Below the pieces are notes generated by a model. That model had not been told where the DNA came from and searched no databases. It saw only the letters and a program-made list of their open reading frames with translations. A DNA stretch of 62,542 bases, filler included, from Alphaproteobacteria bacterium (GTDB taxonomy: Bacteria > Pseudomonadota > Alphaproteobacteria > Caedimonadales > UBA9215), in the NCBI GenBank assembly GCA_024280495.1. It is 4 parts of 4 records of this genome, joined end to end, with 100 filler letters (N's around TTAATTAATTAA, not from the genome) between each part and the next. Parts side by side here need not be neighbours in the genome. Positions count along the whole stretch, not along the records: positions 1 to 25,045 come from JAJRPZ010000038.1; 3 more parts are not named here. The stretch is one strand, 5' to 3'. Position 1 is the first letter of the stretch; each line of letters begins with the position of its first letter. The position numbers and the translations under genes were made by a program. Positions 1 through 9,868 of the stretch are shown here, one piece after another.

Positions 1-210
1 AATATGGGGGCATGGACCTTTGTTGATCGTCGCCTTGAAGGTTCTATTTCCAAGGCTGGTCTGAAAAAAACAACCCGCCCTGAATATGTTGGTCGTGCGT
101 CTTCTGCTTCAACGGCTACTGGATTTATGAAAACCCACTTGCGTGAACAGGAAGCACTTTGTGAGAAAGCATTGGGCTATAAAATACAAAAGCCTCTTAA
201 AAAGTCTTAA
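1..210 (+). CDS. sucA: 2-oxoglutarate dehydrogenase E1, C-terminal fragment (5' truncated by window)
   Basis: NMGAWTFV...[18 protein letters not shown] is the SucA C-terminus; directly upstream of sucB. Confidence 0.93.
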   Translation, partial: NMGAWTFVDRRLEGSISKAGLKKTTRPEYVGRASSASTATGFMKTHLREQEALCEKALGYKIQKPLKKS

Positions 211-212
211 AA

Positions 213-239
213 TGTAAACGTAAAAATGAATCAACTATA
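213..239 (-). repeat. family A terminal fragment
   Basis: Reverse complement TATAGTTGATTCATTTTTACGTTTACA matches the A left end. Confidence 0.65.
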
Positions 240-272
240 AGAACTGAAACACTACAAAAAAACGAGGAAATC

Positions 273-1532
273 ATGTCCATAGAAATCAAAGTTCCCCCCT
301 TAGGTGAATCCGTTAGTGAAGCCACTGTGGCCTCTTGGTTGAAACAACCAGGTGATGCCGTTTCCATGGATGAAACCATCATTGAACTGGAAACAGATAA
401 AGTAACCCTTGAGGTTAATGCTCCCGTTTCTGGTGTTCTGGGTGCTTTCAAAGTGCAAGAGGGAGACTCCGTTGAAGTAGGCGATCTTATGGGAACTATT
501 GAGGAAGGGGCACTCGCTGTCTCTTCTATGCAAAAAGAACCCTCATCAGAAATATCGAAATCCGCCCAATCAACAGCGCCTATTCAATCAGAAGCCGTAA
601 GGACAAAGTCTGAAACAGCATCCCCAGCGGCTTTAAAAAATGCTGCTGATGCAGGTATTAACATAGCTTCAATATCTGGTTCAGGCCGTGATGGGCGTGT
701 TACAAAAGGTGATGTTCTTGAATTTTCAGCCCGTGGTCATTCGTCAAGTGCTCCTTCTATTCCCCAAATAGCCTTGGACCTTTCGAATGCTGTCGCTCCT
801 GCGTTGGCTCCCTCAAGCAAAGACTCTTCTCAACTAAGAGAAGAACGTGTGAAAATGACACGCTTACGGAAGACCATAGCTAGCCGTTTGAAAGAAGCAC
901 AAAATACAGCAGCTATGCTCACAACTTTTAACGAAGTTGATATGACTAATATCATGGCAGCACGTAAAAAATATCAAGATCAATTCATAAAAAAACATGA
1001 TGTGAAACTTGGTTTTATGTCATTTTTTGTCAAAGCAGCCATTGCGGCTTTGAAGGAAATTCCTGCGGTGAATTCTGAAATTGACGGTGAAGAATTGGTT
1101 TATAAAAATCATTATGATATTGGCATTGCCGTTTCAACGCCAACGGGCCTTGTGGTTCCCGTCGTGCGTGATGCGGATCAATTGGGATTTGCTGATGTTG
1201 AAAAATCGATTTCTGTCCTTGGAAAAAAAGGTCGTGATGGCAAGCTTTCCATGGGGGATTTAACGGGGGGAACCTTTACCATCACCAATGGGGGTACTTT
1301 TGGCTCATTAATGTCTACGCCTATTTTGAATCCCCCACAATCAGCTATTATGGGGATGCATAAAATTCAAGAACGCCCCATGGTAGTGAATGGAAAAATC
1401 GAGGTGTGCCCTATGATGTATTTAGCTTTAACTTATGACCATAGAATTATTGATGGCCGTGAAGCCGTGACGTTTTTGGTGCGTGTTAAAGAATGTATTG
1501 AAAATCCAGAGCGCATTCTTTTTGAAATTTAA
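273..1532 (+). CDS. sucB: dihydrolipoamide succinyltransferase (E2)
   Basis: Lipoyl domain ELETDKV, E3-binding [13 protein letters not shown], catalytic [12 protein letters not shown]. Confidence 0.97.
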   Translation: MSIEIKVPPLGESVSEATVASWLKQPGDAVSMDETIIELETDKVTLEVNAPVSGVLGAFKVQEGDSVEVGDLMGTIEEGALAVSSMQKEPSSEISKSAQSTAPIQSEAVRTKSETASPAALKNAADAGINIASISGSGRDGRVTKGDVLEFSARGHSSSAPSIPQIALDLSNAVAPALAPSSKDSSQLREERVKMTRLRKTIASRLKEAQNTAAMLTTFNEVDMTNIMAARKKYQDQFIKKHDVKLGFMSFFVKAAIAALKEIPAVNSEIDGEELVYKNHYDIGIAVSTPTGLVVPVVRDADQLGFADVEKSISVLGKKGRDGKLSMGDLTGGTFTITNGGTFGSLMSTPILNPPQSAIMGMHKIQERPMVVNGKIEVCPMMYLALTYDHRIIDGREAVTFLVRVKECIENPERILFEI

Positions 1533-1631
1533 AAGAGTGACTCTAAAAAAATATATATAAAAAAGTAGAGACGGTGATGCTTTTCAATGTGATCGCAAAA
1601 TCTACCCTTTAAAGAAAAACAGGTGAGTTAT

Positions 1632-3035
1632 ATGAGTAATAAATTCTACGATGTCGTTATTATTGGCGGAGGCCCTGGTGGTTATGTTTGTGCTATTAAG
1701 GCCGCGCAATTGGGAATGAACGTTGCGTGTGTAGATAAACGATCAACCCTTGGTGGAACATGTTTAAATGTAGGATGTATTCCCTCAAAGGCTTTGTTGC
1801 ATTCGTCCAATAAATTTGAAGAAGCTCAATTTTATTTAGAAGAGCACGGCGTCAACATAAAGGGGGTATCCCTTGACTTGAAAACTCTCCTTGCACGTAA
1901 AACAAAGGTCGTTTCCGACTTAACTCAAGGCATTGCCTATCTTTTTAAAAAAAATAAGATCGATTTTTTGGAGGGCGAAGCCTCCTTTGTTTCTGAGTCA
2001 TCTCTTAAAATAGAGGGAAAGGATGGTTGCACAATCCAATCTAAAAATTTTGTTATTGCAACGGGCTCCGAAGTTGTGCCTTTACCTGGCGTTGATATCG
2101 ATGAAAAACAAGTGGTGACCTCAACGGGCGCACTGGACTTTGAAAAAGTTCCAGAGCATCTGGTCGTTATTGGTGGGGGATATATTGGCCTTGAACTGGG
2201 CAGTGTATGGCGCCGTCTTGGGTCTAAAGTAACCGTTGTTGAATATGCTGATCGAATCGTGCCAGCAATGGATTTGGATGTGGGAAAAGCTCTTTATACA
2301 GAGCTTAAATCCCAAGGAATGGATTTTAAACTCTCCACTAAAGTTACCAAGGTTAAAAAATCAAAATCCAGCGTTACTGTTTCCGTTGAAAAGTCGTCTG
2401 GAGGCGCTGTTGAAGAAATTAATTGTGATGTTGTGCTGTCATGCGCAGGACGTCGCGCTTTTACGGAAAATTTGAACCTTGATGTGACAAAGGTTCAAAC
2501 CAATGACCAAGGCCAAATTAAGGTTAATGGTGCTTTTCAAACGGGGGCGACTAATATCTTTGCTATTGGGGATGTTATTGAAGGTCCCATGTTGGCCCAT
2601 AAGGCCGAAGAAGAGGGAATTGCAGTTGCAGAAATTTTGGCTGGTCAACACCCCCATATAAATTACAATGCTATTCCTGGCGTTGTGTACACCCATCCAG
2701 AGGTTGCTACCGTCGGTAAAACCGAAGAAGATCTCAAAAAAGAGGGGGTTGATTATGGTATTGGAAAATTCCCTTTCACCGCAAATTCTCGGGCAAAATC
2801 CACAGGAGAAACCAAAGGTTTTGTAAAAATTCTGACTCATAAAAAAAGCGATGAAATTCTTGGTGTTCATATCATTCATAATGAAGCAGGTACAATGATT
2901 GCAGAATGTGTTTTAGCCATGGAATATAAGGCATCTTCTGAAGATATTGCAAGAACGTGTCATGCCCACCCCACGGTAAATGAAGCCATAAAAGAAGCAG
3001 CTCTTGCGGCGCATTTTAAGGCTATACATGCTTAA
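1632..3035 (+). CDS. lpdA: dihydrolipoamide dehydrogenase
   Basis: GGGPGG FAD motif, GGTCLNVGCIPSK redox disulfide, C-terminal HAHPT..EA. Confidence 0.97.
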   Translation: MSNKFYDVVIIGGGPGGYVCAIKAAQLGMNVACVDKRSTLGGTCLNVGCIPSKALLHSSNKFEEAQFYLEEHGVNIKGVSLDLKTLLARKTKVVSDLTQGIAYLFKKNKIDFLEGEASFVSESSLKIEGKDGCTIQSKNFVIATGSEVVPLPGVDIDEKQVVTSTGALDFEKVPEHLVVIGGGYIGLELGSVWRRLGSKVTVVEYADRIVPAMDLDVGKALYTELKSQGMDFKLSTKVTKVKKSKSSVTVSVEKSSGGAVEEINCDVVLSCAGRRAFTENLNLDVTKVQTNDQGQIKVNGAFQTGATNIFAIGDVIEGPMLAHKAEEEGIAVAEILAGQHPHINYNAIPGVVYTHPEVATVGKTEEDLKKEGVDYGIGKFPFTANSRAKSTGETKGFVKILTHKKSDEILGVHIIHNEAGTMIAECVLAMEYKASSEDIARTCHAHPTVNEAIKEAALAAHFKAIHA

Positions 3036-3066
3036 AATTATTTTTTAAATTTGATTAATGACTGTA

Positions 3067-3729
3067 TTAAGGTGTGTTTCTGCCATAGATATTGTCAAGG
3101 AGAGCCTTTAAAAGTTCATAGGCCTCTTTGATATCTCTAAATTTATTAAGGGAGGTTTGGGACTGTTGGTTTAAATCAGGATGGTGGATTTTGGCTAATT
3201 TTTTGTAAGTGTCCTTGAGGTCCTTTTCCGTGAAAGGCCAAGAAAGTTTGAGGGTGACGAAGGCTTTGCCTTCTTTGGTTTTTGGGGAGAAATATTTAGG
3301 GGCACTTGACATATAAGAAGCGCGTGAACGCCTTGAAAACTCTTCTTCAGAATCTCCTATCACTCCATGGGGATCATTAATTTTATTTTGGAAATTAGCA
3401 GAGTTGCCATTTTTAAAGCCATGGGGAGTATGGCGGCTAAAGGCCGATTTAAAAGGGTTATGAGGCGCATCTGGGTCGTCTTCCGTTGGATCATAAGTGC
3501 CACCAGAACGTTTGACTTCATCTAGGTAGTCCCAGCCTGAGTTGTAGGCTTTGACATGTTCTAGACAAAATAAATATCGGGCTTGAGGATTTTGAATGTT
3601 TTTAGGCGCAGGGAAAAAGCCCTCTTGGTCACAGCCAAAATAGTCGCATTTTTTGATTTTGGCACTTTCTACTTCGAGGGTTTGCCAATCAAAATCCTTT
3701 AAATCAGTGTCTTTTTTTATATCGCTCAA
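3067..3729 (-). CDS. J-domain protein (N-terminal Cys/His motif, C-terminal DnaJ domain)
   Basis: CDYFGC...FCLEHVKAYN.GWDY N-terminus and HHPDLN J-domain motif near C-terminus, a typical alphaproteobacterial architecture. Confidence 0.85.
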   Translation of the reverse strand: MSDIKKDTDLKDFDWQTLEVESAKIKKCDYFGCDQEGFFPAPKNIQNPQARYLFCLEHVKAYNSGWDYLDEVKRSGGTYDPTEDDPDAPHNPFKSAFSRHTPHGFKNGNSANFQNKINDPHGVIGDSEEEFSRRSRASYMSSAPKYFSPKTKEGKAFVTLKLSWPFTEKDLKDTYKKLAKIHHPDLNQQSQTSLNKFRDIKEAYELLKALLDNIYGRNTP

Positions 3730-3848
3730 GAAAAAGTCCTATGCATCAAACTGATGTGACTATAGGGGATCACACCTAAAAATTCCATTTAAATTTTGGG
3801 GAAAAGTGATACCGTTGTTATTATAGAAGTCATAGTTAAAGGGAAAAA

Positions 3849-4547
3849 ATGTTAAAGCGCTTTATGCCTATTGCAATGCTCTTATTGCTATTTAGCTTTA
3901 TGTATTATTATGATGTTAATACTTATTTGACATTTGATACCCTCAGAGAAAATAGAACTTTTCTGCAAACCTATGTACTGGATCATTTTTATCTCTCAAT
4001 TCTTATTTTTATGGGCTTTTACATTTTAGCAGTGGCTTTATCATTACCTGGTGCTGCGGTTCTTAGTATCACAAGTGGATTCTTATTTGGTTCAATTCTT
4101 GGAACTGTCCTGGCGGTTATCTCTGCGACCGTTGGAGCAACTCTTGTCTTTTTCGTTGCAAAAACGGCCATTGGAAAGTCTTTACATAAACGAACAGGAT
4201 CACAAAAAGATTCAGAGTGGCTTGAGAAATTGCGCAATGGATTTCAAAAAAATTCTTTTTCTTACCTGTTGAGTTTGCGGTTAGTACCTCTATTTCCTTT
4301 TGTCGTTGTTAATCTTGCCTCTGCTCTTATGGGAGTTAAAATTCGTGATTTTATCTTGGCGACCTTCATCGGAATTATTCCTGGCAGTTTTGTTTATGTG
4401 AGTATTGGCACTGGTATAGGGAGTGTTTTTGAATCTGGAGGCATTTTTTCAATAAAATCTATTATGACTCCAGAAATAGCCATTGCTTTAACTGGGTTGG
4501 CGCTGTTATCTCTACTGCCAGTTTTAATTAAGAAAATTAGAAAATAA
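3849..4547 (+). CDS. TVP38/TMEM64 (VTT/DedA-like) membrane protein
   Basis: LSLPGAAVLSITSGFLFG, LRLVPLFPFVVVN, ATFIGIIPG motifs. Confidence 0.9.
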   Translation: MLKRFMPIAMLLLLFSFMYYYDVNTYLTFDTLRENRTFLQTYVLDHFYLSILIFMGFYILAVALSLPGAAVLSITSGFLFGSILGTVLAVISATVGATLVFFVAKTAIGKSLHKRTGSQKDSEWLEKLRNGFQKNSFSYLLSLRLVPLFPFVVVNLASALMGVKIRDFILATFIGIIPGSFVYVSIGTGIGSVFESGGIFSIKSIMTPEIAIALTGLALLSLLPVLIKKIRK

Positions 4548-4631
4548 GAGTTTTTTCAAAATATTCTTTTTGCAAAATATATGATACCCTATTCGCAAGA
4601 ATAATAATAATTTATAGGCGAGGTGCATATC

Positions 4632-7349
4632 ATGAAAGTGGGTCAAGACTCTTTAAAAACACAAAAAACCATGACCGTTGATGGGCAAGATTATCAGTAT
4701 TACTCTTTGAAAAAAGTAGAAAAAACCATTGGCAATATATCTAAGCTTCCGTTTTCATTGAAAATTTTGTTGGAAAATCTCCTCCGTTTTGAGGATGGAC
4801 ACTCCGTTGATGTCGAGGATATTAAGGCACTTGGCCAATGGCTTGAAACAAAACAATCTACAAAGGAAATAGCCTATCGCCCTGCACGTGTGCTGATGCA
4901 AGATTTTACAGGTGTGCCTGCTGTCGTTGATTTAGCTGCCATGCGGGGGGCTTTTCAAGAAATGGGAGGTGACCCTACTGCCATCAATCCTTTGGTTCCA
5001 GTAGATCTCGTCATTGATCATTCAGTTATGGTGGATAAGTTTGGTACTAAAGACGCCTTCAAGTTCAATGTGAAAAAAGAATATCAACGTAATAAAGAGC
5101 GTTATGAATTTTTGCGTTGGGGACAAAAAGCTTTTAATAATTTTCGTGTTGTTCCTCCTGGGGCAGGTATTTGTCATCAAGTAAATTTAGAATATTTGGC
5201 CAAAGGTATTTGGCATACGGAAGTCCTCGATCAAGAGGGTGACCTCAAAAAATTCGCTTATCCTGATACCCTTGTTGGAACGGACAGCCACACAACTATG
5301 GTAAATGCTCTTGGTGTTCTTGGTTGGGGCGTTGGAGGGATCGAAGCAGAAGCAGCGATGCTGGGGCAGCCTATTTCCATGTTGATCCCAAAGGTTGTTG
5401 GTTTTAGATTAATAGGCAAATTGCCAGAAGGCACAACGGCAACGGATCTTGTTTTAGCCGTCGTTCAATCTTTGCGCATTCAAGGTGTTGTTGGAAAGTT
5501 CGTAGAGTTTTATGGCCCAGGATTAGAGACTCTCTCATTGGCTGATCGTGCCACAATCGCAAATATGGCCCCTGAATATGGTGCGACCTGTGGCATATTC
5601 CCCATTGATAAAGAAACCGTACGTTATTTGAAATTTACGGGACGCCCTGAACATGAAGTGAATTTAGTCGAAGCCTATGCCAAAGAACAAGGTATGTGGC
5701 GTGATGAAAATACCGTTGATCCAGAATTTTCAGAAACCTTAAGCCTTGATATGGCGACCATTCAGCCAAGCCTTGCGGGGCCAAAACGTCCTCAGGATAA
5801 GGTTTTCTTATCAGATATGACTGATTCTGCGGATAATTCTATTGTGGCAGAAGGAAGCTCCGTTGATAAATCAGCCCCTGTTTTAGGTAAAGATTTTGAT
5901 ATTCATAACGGTGATGTTGTTATCGCAGCCATCACCAGTTGTACCAACACCTCTAACCCGAGTGTGATGTTGGGTGCTGGATTGGTGGCTCAAAAAGCCC
6001 TTGAAAAAGGTCTTTCCGTTAAACCATGGGTTAAAACAAGCTTAGCTCCTGGGTCACAGGTGGTGACTGATTACCTTAAAAAAGCAGGATTACAAGAGTC
6101 CTTAGATGCCCTTGGTTTTGACCTAGTTGGTTATGGGTGTACCACTTGTATTGGAAATTCAGGGCCTCTGGATGAGGCACTAACTCATGCCATCAAAGAT
6201 AATAATTTGGCTGTGGCTGGTGTTCTTTCTGGAAATCGAAATTTCGAAGGCCGTATTCATCCCCACGTGAAGTTGAACTATTTAGCCTCTCCTATGCTTG
6301 TTGTGGCCTATGCTTTGGCTGGGTCTTTGAAAATTGATATCAGTAATGAATCTTTGGGGAATGATGCCTATGGCAATCCTGTTTACCTTAAGGATATTTG
6401 GCCAACTAATGCTGAAATCCAAGAAGTCGTTGACCGTTGCGTCACTTCTGATATGTTCCGTGAGCGTTATGGTAAGGTTTTTGATGGTGATGCAGAATGG
6501 CAGGCTCTACCAGCCGTTTCTTCCCTCACTTATGATTGGCAGGATGAGAGTACCTATGTAAAATCACCAACATTTTTTGAAAATATCACTCCGCAAAAAT
6601 CAGCCCTTCAGGATATTAAGAATGCGCATATTCTGGCACTTCTTGGTGATAGCATCACAACGGATCATATTTCCCCTGCAGGGGCCATCAAGGAAAAAGG
6701 ACCTGCTGGTGATTATCTCAAGGAACATGGCGTTTCCTTATCTGACTTTAATTCCTTTGGATCTAGACGCGGAAACCATGAAGTTATGATGCGTGGTACT
6801 TTTGCCAATGTGCGTCTCAGCAATGAAATGCGCCCTGATATCAAAGGTGGATACACAAAACACATGCCTGAAGGCACGAATATGAGTATTTTTGAGGCGG
6901 CCATGGCTTATAAAAAGTCGAAAATACCCCTTGTGATTTTTGGTGGAAAAGAATATGGCACTGGGTCTTCTCGGGATTGGGCGGCAAAAGGAACGCGCTT
7001 ACTTGGAGTGCAGGCAGTGATTACAGAAAGTTTTGAACGCATTCACAGGTCTAACCTCATTGGTATGGGGGTCTTGCCCCTTGAATTTGTCAATGGTGAG
7101 ACTAGGAAAACTCTTGGATTAACTGGTGCAGAAATTGTCAATCTTGAGGGCATTTCAGAAGGACTTAAACCAGGGAAACTCATTTCATTAAGCATTCAAT
7201 ATCCCGATGGTGCCATAAGGAAGACAAAGGTGAAATGTCGTTTGGATACGGTGGATGAAGTCGAATATTTCGAAAACGATGGTATTTTACATTATGTTCT
7301 ACGTCGCATGAAATCCGATGATAATGGCGGTGATCAAAACGTTGCATAG
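4632..7349 (+). CDS. acnA: aconitate hydratase A
   Basis: RVLMQDFTGVPAVVDLA, AITSCTNTSNP, GCTTCIGNSG, TTDHISPAG, YGTGSSRDWAAKG. Confidence 0.98.
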   Translation: MKVGQDSLKTQKTMTVDGQDYQYYSLKKVEKTIGNISKLPFSLKILLENLLRFEDGHSVDVEDIKALGQWLETKQSTKEIAYRPARVLMQDFTGVPAVVDLAAMRGAFQEMGGDPTAINPLVPVDLVIDHSVMVDKFGTKDAFKFNVKKEYQRNKERYEFLRWGQKAFNNFRVVPPGAGICHQVNLEYLAKGIWHTEVLDQEGDLKKFAYPDTLVGTDSHTTMVNALGVLGWGVGGIEAEAAMLGQPISMLIPKVVGFRLIGKLPEGTTATDLVLAVVQSLRIQGVVGKFVEFYGPGLETLSLADRATIANMAPEYGATCGIFPIDKETVRYLKFTGRPEHEVNLVEAYAKEQGMWRDENTVDPEFSETLSLDMATIQPSLAGPKRPQDKVFLSDMTDSADNSIVAEGSSVDKSAPVLGKDFDIHNGDVVIAAITSCTNTSNPSVMLGAGLVAQKALEKGLSVKPWVKTSLAPGSQVVTDYLKKAGLQESLDALGFDLVGYGCTTCIGNSGPLDEALTHAIKDNNLAVAGVLSGNRNFEGRIHPHVKLNYLASPMLVVAYALAGSLKIDISNESLGNDAYGNPVYLKDIWPTNAEIQEVVDRCVTSDMFRERYGKVFDGDAEWQALPAVSSLTYDWQDESTYVKSPTFFENITPQKSALQDIKNAHILALLGDSITTDHISPAGAIKEKGPAGDYLKEHGVSLSDFNSFGSRRGNHEVMMRGTFANVRLSNEMRPDIKGGYTKHMPEGTNMSIFEAAMAYKKSKIPLVIFGGKEYGTGSSRDWAAKGTRLLGVQAVITESFERIHRSNLIGMGVLPLEFVNGETRKTLGLTGAEIVNLEGISEGLKPGKLISLSIQYPDGAIRKTKVKCRLDTVDEVEYFENDGILHYVLRRMKSDDNGGDQNVA

Positions 7350-7365
7350 GGGATAAGGAATAGAG

Positions 7366-7845
7366 ATGATCAGAAAAAATATAGTCATTCCAAAAACATC
7401 CCAGACGTCGCCAATCACTTACACGCCTATAAATTATAGGCGTTGGTCCATTATGTTTTTTTTAGTGGCTTTTTCTTTTTCGATTTTGAAAGCTCGTGAG
7501 CTTTCAGTGAATAATCAACTTTATGTTGAAATATCTGAAATGATTATTCCCATTGTACAGCGCCGTGATGTTGCAGGTTTCTTTTCCATTACCCTCGCCG
7601 TGGATTGCATTGATATGGCCGCGTCTGAAAAAGTTCAGAAATATCTTCCTATCATTCGAGACCGTTTTTTTTGGGACCTTTATGTTTTGTTGGGTGTGAT
7701 TTGGGATAAAGATTTCAGAACCGATGTTACGGAAATGAAAAAACGCCTCAAAAAGCGTATGGAGCAAATTATTGGTCCCGATCAAATAAATGATATTTTG
7801 GTTATTAGCTTTCAACAACATGAGAGGCGGAACGTTGAAAGATAA
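7366..7845 (+). CDS. FliL-like flagellar basal body-associated protein
   Basis: N-terminal hydrophobic segment, then YVEISEMIIPIV...LPIIRDRF...KKRLKK...IGPDQINDILV resembling FliL fold; abuts the flagellar operon; AGGA RBS. Confidence 0.55.
   Translation: MIRKNIVIPKTSQTSPITYTPINYRRWSIMFFLVAFSFSILKARELSVNNQLYVEISEMIIPIVQRRDVAGFFSITLAVDCIDMAASEKVQKYLPIIRDRFFWDLYVLLGVIWDKDFRTDVTEMKKRLKKRMEQIIGPDQINDILVISFQQHERRNVER
7380..7450 (+). repeat. palindromic element family B copy inside FliL-like ORF
   Basis: TATAGTCATTCC..ACGTCGCCAATCACT..ACGCCTATA-AAT-TATAGGCGTTGGTCC. Confidence 0.7.
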
Positions 7846-7852
7846 GACTATA

Positions 7853-7909
7853 ACTTTCGCATTTATAAAGGCGTTGGTCCGTCGCTCTTTAAAAAAGAGC
7901 AATCAGTAT
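7853..7909 (+). repeat. family B partial copy
   Basis: AGGCGTTGGTCCGTCGCTC identical to the copy at 21038. Confidence 0.75.
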
Positions 7910-7937
7910 TTTTTTAAGGATCTAATTTTTTCTGTTG

Positions 7938-8741
7938 TTAGGTTAACCTACTGGCAACATTTTTAACATCTTTTAAGGCATTGGAATTTGGATGTCTTGT
8001 TGCCAGTGCAGTTTGATGTCGAATGGCATCTTTGACATGGCTATCTCGGCGAATAACCCCCGCAAGTTTCGGCGTATATTTTAAAAACTTTTCACAGACA
8101 TTTTTGAAGCCTTGGTAGGTCAAGTCGCCTTGATGTATGCTTTCAGCTGTATTTACGAGAATTTTAATGTCCAAATGTGGATGATTTCGTCTAGTGACTT
8201 TGAGAAAGGCATAGGCATCGGTCAAGGAGGTTGGTTCATCATTGATCACTAGAATGCAGGTGGCTGCGGCTGGTGTTAGGCTTTTAACTATACCACCGAT
8301 TCCAGCACCAAGGTCAATGAGGACATAGTCATAGTTATTTGATTGGGCTTTTAGTTCTTCACGAATCAGGGTTAAACGTTCATGGGAAAGATCCGATAGT
8401 GTGCCACTGCCAGAGCGCCCTGCTAAAATATCGAATCCAGCCTGATGGTTGCCAGGGTTATAAGACATTATGGCATTTTTGAAATCACAACTGCCTTCCA
8501 TCACATGACCAAGGTCTTTTTCTGGTTGAAGTCCCAACTGAATATCGATATTGGCAAGTCCTATATCCCCATCAAAAACAAGGACTTTTTTATGAAGAGC
8601 AGCCAAGGTATGGGCAAGGCTAATGGAAAACCAAGTTTTCCCAACCCCACCTTTTCCCGAGGCTATTAAAATTATATTATCCGCTGGCATAGGCGCGGGG
8701 TTGAGAGGTGTTTTTAATTGATGAACTGATGCGTTATTCAT
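7938..8741 (-). CDS. flhG: MinD/ParA-family flagellar number regulator FlhG/FleN
   Basis: ASGKGGVGKT, DGDIGLANIDIQLG, EPTSLTDAYA; overlaps flhF stop. Confidence 0.88.
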   Translation of the reverse strand: MNNASVHQLKTPLNPAPMPADNIILIASGKGGVGKTWFSISLAHTLAALHKKVLVFDGDIGLANIDIQLGLQPEKDLGHVMEGSCDFKNAIMSYNPGNHQAGFDILAGRSGSGTLSDLSHERLTLIREELKAQSNNYDYVLIDLGAGIGGIVKSLTPAAATCILVINDEPTSLTDAYAFLKVTRRNHPHLDIKILVNTAESIHQGDLTYQGFKNVCEKFLKYTPKLAGVIRRDSHVKDAIRHQTALATRHPNSNALKDVKNVASRLT

Positions 8742-9850
8742 GCTTTTCGAGCCTCCATGACGCCTTTAATCCAAGCTGGTAATTCAGGTTCGGGTTTTAG
8801 CGTATTTGAAATTGGTTTATTTATTGGTGTCTTTATTGTGTTTGGATTTGGCGAAAGTGTTTGTTGTGGTTTTTGTGAAGATGAAGGACATATTGTATCT
8901 GGCAAATACTTATTTAAGGCCGTCACAAGATTTTCTGGGGTAGCACTTTTGAGGCGGTTCCCAATTTCTGGGCCGCAACTCATGGCAGAAAATTCAAGAC
9001 ATTCCTCATGAAGGACAGTTAAAAGACCCCCAAAACGCTTGGCTGCATCGAACCTTGTCATGATAAGTCTGGTACACCCAAGATCCTTGAAGGCAGAGGC
9101 AAGATCCCGCATTTCAAAGGGGTCAGTACCTGCTGAAAGAACGAGGTAAGGAGCTTGTTTAGCAGCCAGGATAAAATCTGTGAGCAGGGAAACTTCAATT
9201 TCATTCAAAGAATTAGTGCCAGGCGTATCAATAAGGTAAATCACACCTGGTAGTGATTTTTCTAATTTAGCTTCAAGTTCACTTGGGGTTTGAACAAAAG
9301 TTAGAGGAACCTCAAGGGCATTGGCATAGAGTTGAATCTGCTCTGCGGCACCAGCTTTTAGATAGTCTGCAGAAATAATTTCAACGGGTTTGTTCAGCAA
9401 TTTGTATTCCGAGGCTATTTTTGCAAGGGTTACGGTTTTTCCAACGCCAACGGGACCTGCAAGCATAATTTGTTGAGGAACCAAATCCGATGTTTTATAA
9501 GTCAAACTTTGAAAGGAAAATAATTTCTCAAAAAGAGATCCTATACCTTTTTTGAGAATTTTAGTATCCATTTGGCAGCTTTTAGAAATTAAGCTATCTC
9601 CAGTTTCTGCTGGGACTTGATGATAAGACAGCATATGGCATAAAGTGTTCTTTGTTTCCGATTCCGAATATACACGGGGCTCTGTTTTCTGTACTATAAT
9701 ATGATCATGTATGTTTTCGCAGGCTGCGGTAACCCGTATCATATCTCCCTCGTTTAAGGTCGAGATTATAACAGCATCTGGGCCAAGCTCCGAGCGAATG
9801 TTTTTGAGAGCTACCTCCATGGAAGGACACATATAGGTTTTAAGTTTCAT
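8738..9850 (-). CDS. flhF: flagellar biosynthesis SRP-type GTPase FlhF
   Basis: MKLKTY...M..AL..IR.ELG.DAVIIST N-terminus; GPVGVGKT, DTPG, TRFD motifs. Confidence 0.9.
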   Translation of the reverse strand: MKLKTYMCPSMEVALKNIRSELGPDAVIISTLNEGDMIRVTAACENIHDHIIVQKTEPRVYSESETKNTLCHMLSYHQVPAETGDSLISKSCQMDTKILKKGIGSLFEKLFSFQSLTYKTSDLVPQQIMLAGPVGVGKTVTLAKIASEYKLLNKPVEIISADYLKAGAAEQIQLYANALEVPLTFVQTPSELEAKLEKSLPGVIYLIDTPGTNSLNEIEVSLLTDFILAAKQAPYLVLSAGTDPFEMRDLASAFKDLGCTRLIMTRFDAAKRFGGLLTVLHEECLEFSAMSCGPEIGNRLKSATPENLVTALNKYLPDTICPSSSQKPQQTLSPNPNTIKTPINKPISNTLKPEPELPAWIKGVMEARKA

Positions 9851-9868
9851 GGCTTTTTTCCTTCCTTC

